Assembly (NCBI GenBank): GCA_964016885.1
Contig: CAXHJY010001477.1
Span: 558,001 to 622,000 of the forward strand
From: Eledone cirrhosa
Lineage: Eukaryota
DNA: 64,000 nucleotides
Direction of reading: 5' to 3'
Shown here one piece after another: positions 1-9,374 of this stretch (position 1 is its first letter; every line of letters starts with the position of its first letter). The notes below the pieces were generated by a model. The model saw only the letters and a program-made list of their open reading frames with translations. It did no database searches and was not told where the DNA came from. Both the position numbers and the translations under genes were made by a program.

Positions 1-270
1 GTGACTTAGACCATGGCTAACTCTTGATATAGACATTAGTGACTTAAACCATGGCTAACTATATAGACATTAGTGACTTAGACTATGGCTAACTCTTGAT
101 TTAGATATTATTGACTCAGACCATGGCTAACTCTTGTTTTAGACATTTCTGACTTAGACCAAGGCTAACTCTTGTTTTACACATTGGTGACTTAGACCAT
201 GGCTAACTCTTGTTTTAGACATTTCTGACTTAGACCAAGGCTAACTCTTGATTTAGACAACAGTGACTTA
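1..270. repeat. 38-bp minisatellite, left part (GTGACTTAGACCATGGCTAACTCTTGTTTTAGACATTA)
   Basis: About 7 tandem copies visible. Runs off the window start and is interrupted at about 270 by an RTE LINE. Confidence 0.95.
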
Positions 271-2069
271 ATGATGATGGTGTACTTGCCATCAATGATG
301 CTGATAAGAAGGTAGCTTGGAAGTGTCACTACGAGAGGCTACTAAATGAGGAGAATAAATGGGAGAAAGACAGTCTCCCCCAAATCAATCCAATAGAGGG
401 ACCAGCAGTGCAAGTTGAAGGTAGTATAATAAGTAAGGCAATCAAAGATATGAAGACTGGCAAGGCGGCTGGGCCTTCGGAAATAGTTGCTGAAATGCTG
501 AAAGCTTCTGGAACGGTGGGACACACCATGGTCACCCGGATGGTAAACCAAGTCATACAGAATGGGGTTGTTCCGAAGGACTGGCGTAGCAGCATCATCA
601 TTAACTACTACAAGGATCAAAGGAGATGCCCTAGATAGGGAAACTATAGAGGCATTAAATTAATTGACCAGGTCATGAAGGTCACAGAAAAAGTAATAGC
701 GCAACTAATCAGAGAGCGAATTGATCTAGATGAAATGCAGTTCGGGTTTGTGTCAGGTAAAAGTACCACAGACGCTCTTTTCATTGTACGACAACTACAG
801 GAGAAGTACCTAACTAAAAGTAAACTCCTATACTTAGCTTTTGTTGACTTGGAGAAAGCCTTCGACAGAGTCCCACGCCCCATCATCTGGTGGGCTCTCA
901 GAAAACTAGGTGTTGATGAATGGCTTGTGAGAGCTATACAAGCCATGTATAAAGAAACAGTCAGCAAAGTTAGAATTAACAACGAATATAGTGAAGTGTT
1001 TAGCGTAAAAGTTGGTGTTCATCAAGGCTCCGTCCTTAGCCCCCTCCTATTTATTATTGCCCTTCAGGCTATAACAGAGGAGTTCAAGACTGGCTGCCCA
1101 TGGGAACTCCTATACGCAGATGATCTAACGCTCATAGCTGAATCAATGGCTGAACTAGAGAAGAAATTCCAAACATGAAAGCATGGCCTAGAATCAAAAG
1201 GCCTTAAAATTAACCTGTCTAAGACTAAAGTTCTAGTATGTAGGAAGGAAAATAGGGCACTGGTCCCATCTGGGAAATGGCCATGCTCAGTGTGTAGGAA
1301 AGGAGTAGGTAAAAACTCCATTTTATGTCCCAAATGCAAAGTATGGGTGCATAAAAGATGTAGTGGGATCACAGGTAAGCTAACTAAGAATATAGATTTT
1401 ATATGTGGCCGGTGCTCAGGTGCAATAAGTAGCAACAAGTGCCCACAGAATACTAGCTCATTCCATTGCACAGATGGTTCTATAGAAATAGTGGACACCT
1501 TCCGTTACTTGGGTGACAAAATCAGCAGTGGGGGAGGGTGCTCTGAAAGTACAGTAGCCAGAGTTAGAACTGGATGGAAAAAGTTCAGAGAGCTTATACC
1601 ACTATTAGCCGCTAAAGGGTTCTCTCTAAAAATGAAAGGCAGGCTGTATGATGCCTGCATACGAACAGCAATGTTGCATGGCAGTGAGACCTGGGCATTG
1701 TGTGCAGACGATATACGCAGACTGGAGAGGAACGAAGCTTGCATGCTCCGATGGATGTGTAATAGTAATATACGCGAACGGCAAAGCATAAACGAACTAA
1801 GGGAAAAATTAGAAATAAGAGGGATCAGATGTTGTTTACTCAAGAGAAGGCTACGTTGGTATGGTCACGTGGTGCGCATGAAAGATGACAGCTGTATAAA
1901 AAAGTGCAGGGCAATAAAGATAGACGGTAGCCACGGAGTAGGCAGACCCAGAAAAACCTGGGACGACTTGATAAATTCCAACCTCACACACTTACACCTC
2001 TCCAAGACAATGTCACTGGACCGAGATCTTTGGCGCTACACAGTAATACAGAAGACACGCCTTACCTAA
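271..2069 (+). pseudogene. RTE reverse transcriptase ORF, disrupted, with internal PHD-type finger
   Basis: ORF pieces 408-638, 675-1178 and 1290-2069 join through indel(s) near 610-645 and an in-frame TGA at 1176-1178 at an expected Trp. The endonuclease domain is lost by 5' truncation. Confidence 0.9.
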
Positions 2070-2457
2070 GTACAAAGTGAAACCTAGAACAGTCAGTAGG
2101 CACCTCTAACAAAAATACACCCCCGTCCCACTACCCCCACCCCATCCACACCACCCCTTTCTCTGTAAAGTTATGTTGGTACCACAACATCCAGTCCGAA
2201 ACAAATGAGGTCGTGTAGGTGTCACGACAAAAACACACAGTCCACGCTGTAATGTGGCCATGTAGGTAACATGGTAAAAACCTCCCAGTCCACACTGTAA
2301 ATGTGGTTGGTGTTAGGAAGGGCATCCAGCCGTAGAAAACTCGCCGGACAGTCCTATGCAAGTAAGACAACCACTCTTGCCTCAAGTGGGAAAACTCCCG
2401 TCTAACCCATGCTAGCATGGAAGATGGACATTAAACGTTGATGATGATGATGATGAT
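271..2457 (+). mobile_element. 5'-truncated RTE-clade non-LTR retrotransposon
   Basis: RT motifs QFGF, FVDLEKAFDRV, GVHQGSVLSP, LYADD, FRYLG and RTE-type C-terminus RRLRWYGHVVRM...GRPRKTW. 3' UTR ends in a (GAT)n tail at about 2440-2457. Probable short TSD TGACTTA. Confidence 0.93.
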
Positions 2458-2975
2458 GACTTAGACCATGGCTAACTCTTGTTTTACACATTGGTGACTT
2501 AGACCAAGGCTAACTCTTGTTTTACACATTGGTGACTTAGACCATGGCTAACTCTTGTTTTACACATTAGTGACTTAGACCATGGCTAACTCTTGTTTTA
2601 GACATTAGTGACTTAGACCAAGGCTAACTCTTGTTTTACACATTGGTGACTTAGACCATGGCTAACTCTTCTTTTACACATTGGTGACTTAGACCATGGC
2701 TAACTCTTGTTTTACACATTGGTGACTTAGACCATGGCTAACTCTTGTTTTAGACATTAGTGACTTAGACCAAGGCTAACTCTTGTTTTACACATTAGTG
2801 ACTTAGACCATGGCTAACTCTTGTTTTAGACAACAGTGACAGACCATGGCTAACTATTGTTTTAGACATTAGTGACTTAGACCATGGCTAACTCTTGTTT
2901 TAGACAATGATGACTTAGACCATGCCTAACTCTTGTTTTAGATATTAGCAACTTAGACCATGGCTAACTCTTGTT
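2458..2975. repeat. 38-bp minisatellite, right part
   Basis: About 13-14 tandem copies of the same unit resume directly after the RTE tail. Confidence 0.95.
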
Positions 2976-2990
2976 ATAGCTACATACAGT

Positions 2991-3082
2991 TACACACACA
3001 CACAAACACACTGCAACACACACACAGACAACTACAAACACAGGCAGACAGCTACACTCACACAACACACAACACACACACA
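2991..3082. repeat. degenerate (CA)n microsatellite
   Basis: CA-rich run visible directly. Confidence 0.8.
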
Positions 3083-3139
3083 GACTGCTACCAAAAGAAC
3101 CAGGTCCAAACATTTTCGTCTGCAGATATACTGTTGATG

Positions 3140-3425
3140 GCCTCCATCAGTTCTTGCTGTCTGTTCCATTTGTTTGAGCAACGGTACAACCTGCTCATAC
3201 AATTAACATTCAAGTGGCTGAGCATTCCACAGACATATGTACCCTTAATGTGATTCTCAGGGATTTTCAACATGATACAGTAGGTGACATGGCTAGTGCA
3301 TTGTATTACAGATACAATTGGAGAAACATGAGAAAGTTTCTTGTTCAAGGACACAATGAACTGCCAGGAAATGAACTCATGACTTTGTGATCATGAGCTG
3401 AACACCCTAACCACTAAGCCATGTG
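3140..3425 (-). mobile_element. tRNA-derived SINE (family B), degenerate
   Basis: Minus strand reads TGGCTTAGTGGTTAGG (A box) ... GAGTTCATTTCC (B-box-like) ... GTGTCCTTGAACAAG ... TTAAGGGTACATATGTCTGTGGAATGCTCAGCCACTTG. Same family as 5097-5352. Confidence 0.7.
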
Positions 3426-3449
3426 TCTTCACTAAATATGCATCGAAGC

Positions 3450-3643
3450 AGATACACACACAGATATATATACAAATGTAAATACACACACAGATATATA
3501 TATAGAGAAATGTCAATACATACACACACAGATATACATATACAAATGTAAATACATACATACACACACACACACAGAATATATATACAAATGTAAATAC
3601 ACACACAGATATATACACATGTAGATACATACATACACATACA
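3450..3643. repeat. AC/AT low-complexity tandem repeat (about 30-bp units)
   Basis: Repeated ACACACAGATATATATACAAATGTAAAT-like units. Confidence 0.8.
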
Positions 3644-3671
3644 CTTTTAAAAGTGAATAAATTAAGCTTAC

Positions 3672-3750
3672 CACAATCTGTTCCAAGAATTTCCCCGATG
3701 TTGTCTGCAACATGTCATCAAATTCCATGCTCATCCGTTTTGCTACCCAT
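3672..3750 (-). CDS. PDZD8: PDZD8 coding exon 3 (SMP domain): (R)WVAKRMSMEFDDMLQTTSGKFLEQIV
   Basis: Acceptor ttttatAG, donor GTAAGC, 79 nt = 1 + 26 codons, phase matches exon 2. Resembles vertebrate PDZD8 RWVTKKIKVEFEELLQTKTAGRLLEGL as recalled. Confidence 0.88.
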
Positions 3751-4196
3751 CTATAAAATTAGATAAAAAAGTAATACATTGATAAACAAGATTCATTAAA
3801 GGTACTAGCAGAAAACCACTCTTTGGGTGGTTTTCTGCTAGCACGTGTAGTGTGTATATTGATATATACGCAAGTATATATACATGTAAATATGATACAT
3901 CAAATAACATCGTAATTGACAATATACACAGAAATTGAAGAGAGACTGTGTTACACTGTCTTATGTAATCTGTAACGTAATCCATGATACATTAAAAAAA
4001 AGACGATATTATATATAAACTGCATTAGGAGAAAATTAGTGACAGAAATATATGAATGTTTATTTAAGCAATCGCTAACTGGAAGTGTTGATATTTGAAA
4101 ATGTTAAAGAAGTGAATCTTTAAATAAATAATAAAATATATTTCATCAACAGCTACGAAATTTAGTAGATAAATTATGTAATATTCATTCATTATT

Positions 4197-4312
4197 TATT
4201 CAAATCCCGCCGAGGTTAACTTTGCCTTTCATCCTTACGGGGTCGATAAAATAAAGTACCAGTAATGCACTGGGTACTTGCTGGCCTTGTGCCTAAAGTA
4301 GAAACAATTATT
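4197..4312 (+). mobile_element. tRNA-derived SINE (family A, Nin-domain-like core), 5'-truncated
   Basis: TTCAAATCCCGCCGAGGTTAACTTTGCCTTTCATCCTTACGGGGTCGATAAAATAAAGTACCAG. Homologous to 16083-16210 and 58515-58692. Confidence 0.75.
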
Positions 4313-4419
4313 TATTCAAAGTAATCCAACTTATTTTACAAACGGGATAAAAAATTATATTTTAGATGCAGTCCGGCACTCCTTTCTTTATTATAGTTTA
4401 GATTAAGTCAAAGACACAA

Positions 4420-4600
4420 CAATTTCCCATGTATCGGTACCACAATATAATGCACCCACTGGACCATGTGAGGTGTGGCACATATGTAAGAAAGACCCAC
4501 TCCAGGTAATCTGACAGGTCAGTAACTAAATACTGACATTGCGTGTGACGATTTGTCCAACCCATGCTAGCAGGGAAAACAAACATTAAATGACGCTGTT
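4420..4600 (+). mobile_element. short element with RTE-type 3' tail
   Basis: Ends CCAACCCATGCTAGCAGGGAAAACAAACATTAAATGACG, matching the RTE 3' terminus at 2401-2445. 5' boundary uncertain. Confidence 0.55.
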
Positions 4601-5096
4601 CATGACCCAGATAGCCCGAGGGGAGTGGAGTTTAGAAGGAATAATTTATAAATTACTTTTAACTGATTATGTTTAAAGTTTTTTTACTTTAATTCCCTTT
4701 CTTCGTTTTCTTTTACAAAGCTGTTTCTAACATAATTAAAGTTATTGTGACATTAAAATGTTGTACCAGACTGAGGAGGGATTTTGAGTCAGGCAATGTC
4801 TTTTCTCTCTTATTTTCATAGCCCCTAAGATTCTTTAATAATTTAGCAGAAAATATCTAAAACCATGTTTGTTAATTCAAATGTTTATAGTCTCTTTACT
4901 AGTTGACAGATTATTGTAAAAATTTGCAGTATTAGAGTAAGTACTTAGATTTTTAATTTTTATGATACACTCAGTGCTGTTTTGTACTTTACACAAACAT
5001 CTGGTAAATATGGTTTGTTGCGGTACAAAAGGTTAAAAATTAGATGAAAGAATTAATATTCTTGTTGATATTGTTGTTTTTACTGCTACTACTGTG

Positions 5097-5352
5097 AAGG
5101 CAGATGGCGTAGTGGTTAGGTTTTTTGACTCAAGATTGTAAGGACCGGAGTTTGATTCCCAATGATCCATTGTGCCCTTGAACAAAGCACGTTATTTCAT
5201 ATTGCTCCTGTCCACTCAACTTGCAAAAATGAGTCATACCCATAATTCAAATAGTCAGCTTTGTCACACAATGAGTCAAGTAAATATCTCTGAGAATTAT
5301 GTTAAGGGTACATGTGTATGTGGAATGCTCAGTCACTTGCACATTAATTTAG
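5097..5352 (+). mobile_element. tRNA-derived SINE (family B)
   Basis: TGGCGTAGTGGTTAGG A box, GAGTTTGATTCCC B box, then a body shared with 3140-3425 and 15290-15690. A short family-A fragment follows at about 5360-5418. Confidence 0.72.
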
Positions 5353-5449
5353 TAATTAATTGTTTCTACTTTGGGCACAAGGCCAGCAATTACGCAGTGT
5401 ATTACTGGTACTTTATTTAATGTTTGTTGTTTCCTTGAAAGTATGAAAC

Positions 5450-5660
5450 AATGAAAGCTTGCCTGGAATGGTCATGTATCCTGTCACAACTCCTGGACCA
5501 AAACCATCCTTCGAGGGGGAAGGAGGGAGAGACAAAGAAAATTCTGGTCCAACAACATCAAAGACTGGACTGGTCACAGCACTGAGCCCCTTCTACACAT
5601 GACAGAGACCAATGGTGACAGCTGACCACAAAGGTGTCTAGAGTGACACCCTAGCAAGTG
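5450..5660 (+). mobile_element. 3' fragment of a second RTE-like LINE family
   Basis: Translates with lesions to KLAWNGHVS..TKTILRG..GRRERQRKFWSNNIKDWTG..DQW, a typical RTE C-terminus. An inverted homologue lies at 7047-7290. Confidence 0.7.
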
Positions 5661-6566
5661 ACTGTACCAGTGGCACACAAATGACTGGCTGTACCAGTGG
5701 CACATCTAGAGTCGCACCCTAATGACTGGCTGTACCAGTGGCACCCCAATGACTGGCTGTACCAGTGCCACATCTAGAGTGGCACCCCAATGACTGGCTG
5801 TACCTGTGGCACACTAATGACTGGCTGTACCAGTGGCACATCTAGAGTCGCACCCTAATGACTGGCTGTACTAGTGGCACCCCAATGACTGGATGTACCA
5901 GTGGCACATCTAGAGTGGCACCCCAATGACTGGCTGTACCAGTGGCACATCTCGAGTGGCACCCCAATGACTGGCTGTACCAGTGGCACATCTAGAGTGG
6001 CACCCCAATGGCTGGCTGTACCAGTGGCACTCTAATGACTGGCTGTACCAGTGGCACATCTAGAGTGGGACCGCAATGGCTGGCTGTACCAGTGGCACAT
6101 CTAGAGTGGCACCCCAATGGCTGGCTGTACCAGTGGCACATCTAGAGTGGGACCGCAATGGCTGGCTGTACCAGTGGCACATCTAGAGTGGCACCCCAAT
6201 GGCTGGCTGTACCAGTGGCACATCTAGAGTGGCACCCCAATGGCTGGCTGTACCAGTGGCACATCTAGAGTGGCACCCCAATGGCTGGCTGTACCAGTGG
6301 CACATCTAGAGTCGCACCCCAATGGCTGGCTGTACCAGTGGCACATCTAGAGTCGCACCCTAATGACTGGCTGTACCAGTGGCACATCTAGAGTGGCACC
6401 CCAATGGCTGGCTGTACCAGTGGCACTCTAATGACTGGCTGTACCAGTGGCACATCTAGAGTGGCACCCCAATGGCTGGCTGTACCAGTGGCACATCTAG
6501 AGTGGCACCCCAATGACTGGCTGTACTAGTGGCACATCTAGAGTGGCACCCCAATGACTGGGTGTA
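5660..6566. repeat. 41-bp minisatellite (CCAGTGGCACATCTAGAGTGGCACCCCAATGACTGGCTGTA) with about 26-bp deletion variants
   Basis: More than 20 tandem units, contiguous with the RTE-like fragment upstream. Confidence 0.95.
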
Positions 6567-6619
6567 TCAGCTACAGAAACATAACACATGTTTTGAATAC
6601 CAGCTAAATAAGGGGACAG

Positions 6620-6885
6620 TTAGTTGTATTACTAAATGAGACTGTTGTATTACTAATGAGACAGTTGTATAACTAAATGAGACAGTTGTATTACTAAATG
6701 AGACAGTTGTATTACTAAATGAGACACATGTATTACTAAATGAGACAGTTGTATTACTAAATGAGACAGTTGTATTACTAAATGAGACAGTTGTATTACT
6801 AAATAAGACAGTTGTATTACTAAATGAGACAGTAATATTACTAAATGAGACAGTTGTATTACTAAATGAGACAGTTGTATTACTG
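6620..6885. repeat. 21-bp minisatellite (AGTTGTATTACTAAATGAGAC)
   Basis: About 12 copies. Explains the spurious NTTVSFS-repeat ORF. Confidence 0.95.
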
Positions 6886-7046
6886 AATCTCTCCAAATTC
6901 CTGGTTATTTTCAAAATGATCTGAAAACCATAGGGGACAGTGTCATTCTTTAGAAATATGGTAACAAATGGTTTAATTACAATAAAGAATTTGAAGTTGG
7001 TGGTAATATATCCCCGAATTAGTGCTAAAGAGACCTTTGACACATA

Positions 7047-7290
7047 CATCATCATCTGGTTTCCAGAACTGGTACAGCCAGTTGTTGGGGTGCCACTCTA
7101 GATGTACAACTGGTACAGTCAGTCATTAGGATGCCACGCTAGACACTTTTGCAGTCAGCTGTCACCATTGGTCTATTCCCTCTCATGTGAAGAAGTGTCC
7201 CAGCGTTGTGATCTGCCCAGTCTTTGATGTTGTTGGACCCCAATTTTCCTTGTCTACCTGTTTATTGCCCTCCTTTGACTGTGACCTTAA
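7047..7290 (-). mobile_element. 3' fragment of the second RTE-like family, with (GAT)n tail
   Basis: Reverse-complement homologue of 5510-5730. CATCATCATC at about 7047-7056 is the tail. Carries only about 2 copies of the 41-bp unit. Confidence 0.72.
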
Positions 7291-7299
7291 CCCATTACC

Positions 7300-7433
7300 G
7301 TTTATATTATTCTATATATACTATTGTATTTCCACAGTAAAGGCTTTACCTCACATAACATTTACATTACTCTATATACACTATTGTATTGTCACAGTAG
7401 AGGCTTTACCTCACATAATATCTCACATAACAT
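7300..7433. repeat. 60-72-bp AT-rich minisatellite, left part
   Basis: Two units of ACTCTATATATACTATTGTATT.TCACAGTAAAGGCTTTACCTCACATAA... The array resumes at 13050. Confidence 0.85.
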
Positions 7434-7643
7434 CTCGTATACGAGAGACGTGTGTTGACATGTGTGAACAAGCTCGGCTACCGAGTCGGATTTACTTACT
7501 CAAAAGTGAGTTTTGATTAATTTTTTTATACTGTAATATACGTTAACCCCTTGCCTTGGTCGTCAAACTTTGAGTTTATTTATTTTCGCCCCTTTTTGGG
7601 GCGAATTTTCCAGTTAAAAACTTATTACGGCAAACTAATAGAA

Positions 7644-9353
7644 ATGGACGGAATTTTCACATCTCATCCTAACGTGAAAGCCATGCCCCCTAAGAAAGGT
7701 GATACAGAGAAGCTAGAAGCACAAGGCTCTAAGTCTTCCCTCCTGACTTCTGCAAAAGAAACATGGAACACGGAATTAAAAGAAAAATTTGTAAAAATGG
7801 GTGAAAACCCAGAAAGTCACATAAACGCAGACAAAAACAGCAATAGTCACAACACCAACCAAGGAAAAAATAACGATAACACCAAACAAAGCGAACCCAC
7901 TACTGGTGCCTCCTTTGCACAGGCGGTCCGGAAAACACAAACCTGCAAGCAACTGGACATTACAACTCTGAGAGAAAAGATGAAGGAAGCGAAACAGTAT
8001 GTAACTTTCAAAGAAGGAGGAGACTTCACAATCACCTCCCCACAAGAAATCAAAAGAGACACGATGCTAAGAACGATATCTTTCAGAACAATTTCCAACA
8101 TAACAAGGAAACCAACTCAATTATCCCAAAAAGAGATTGAGCTGGTCCTAAAAAATGTGTGGAGTGATATATCGTTCATACAAAAAGGGCCACTCTATGG
8201 GAATATAACGGTCCTAATGAAGGATCAATTGATGGCCAGAAAATACTCTGTGGCGCCAATTGTTTCCAAGCTACATACATTTTTCCCCACATATTTAGGG
8301 AAAAGAACGCAGAAGATAAGGGTCTCCGGAATCCGGCCAAATGCATGCATTTCCTGGGTACTAAAAGGATTTTTAGAAGACGAGGACGGAATCCCTTCAG
8401 TAGGAGAAGTCACCACAGACGTTTTCGGCGGTTTGAGCGTGGAGGTTCTGGTCCAAATGAGACCAGAACGAATAGCTAGAATACCACAGAGGGTGTCCCT
8501 CGATGGAGAAACATTTATATATATTTCAGCCGAGGGTAGGAGGCCCATATGTTACTACTGTTCAAGCAGGGGTCATCTAAGGGCTGCTTGTCCTCAATTG
8601 ACAAAAAAAAGGCTCTTTTACCTACACCCCACACACCACCACCGCCACCACCACCACCACCACCTCCACCACCACCACCACAACAACAACAAAAACAACA
8701 CGGAAAAATAACACAAGACACGGCCCCACCCAAAACACACACAAATACAACAAAACCCCAAAATACACCACTACCCGACAGCACGGACGAGGACCCAGCG
8801 GAAACGGCACCTAGTGACGAAGAGGGGGAACCCTTCCAGCCTGTAAAAAGGAAAAAAAGAAAGCACCACTCGAACATAAACGAAACAAACACACAACCAC
8901 CAACAAAAACAAAACAAACAGAACAAACAAAATCTGCCCCACCCCAAAACATAACACATACAACAAAACGTAAGCACACACAAGAACAACAAACAAACAC
9001 AACACAAATAAAACAGTATACATACATTAACACAAATAACAAAGAACTAGTAAAAACAATACACAAAGACCCTTCGGTGGAAACTGAAGGGCAATTCTTT
9101 GCAAGCGCGGCCAACAAACCGCATTTAAAAATGATGACTCCCAATGGTCACCTATGCAAAACTAAGAGAGAACTTTCCTGAGGACGTGGGGAAAACATGT
9201 ACTCGACCCTATAACCGCGTCCTCTTGAAACGTTTCCCCACCCACACATCACCAAACACCCACACTCCACCACAGAACAACACCCCACCAAACAACCCCT
9301 CCAATACACCCATGGATATTGTGCAACCTGCTCCTCAGGAGCCGAACAGGTAG
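7644..9353 (+). pseudogene. L1/Tx1 ORF1 (nucleic-acid-binding, zinc knuckle), two apparent frameshifts
   Basis: SFAQAV motif and CYYCSSRGHLRAAC knuckle. A -1 shift at the A8 run near 8603-8610 enters a Pro/Thr/Gln-rich tail with KRKKRK. A +1 shift near 9143 follows. Ends 21 nt before ORF2. Start could be ATG 7644 or 7683. Confidence 0.8.
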
Positions 9354-9374
9354 GTCCTTCCTCTTTTAACCAAC

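Noticed and set aside
5097-5165. tRNA gene (also 58600-58692)
   Set aside because: A/B boxes are present but there is no cloverleaf, and the sequence continues into multi-copy SINE bodies.
6567-7055. 162-aa ORF with NTTVSFS repeats
   Set aside because: By-product of a 21-bp (multiple of 3) minisatellite overlapping a TE tail.
8515-9144. 209-aa Gly/Val/Cys-rich minus-strand ORF and other antisense ORFs in the LINEs
   Set aside because: Reverse-strand readings of low-complexity or GC-rich retrotransposon coding sequence.
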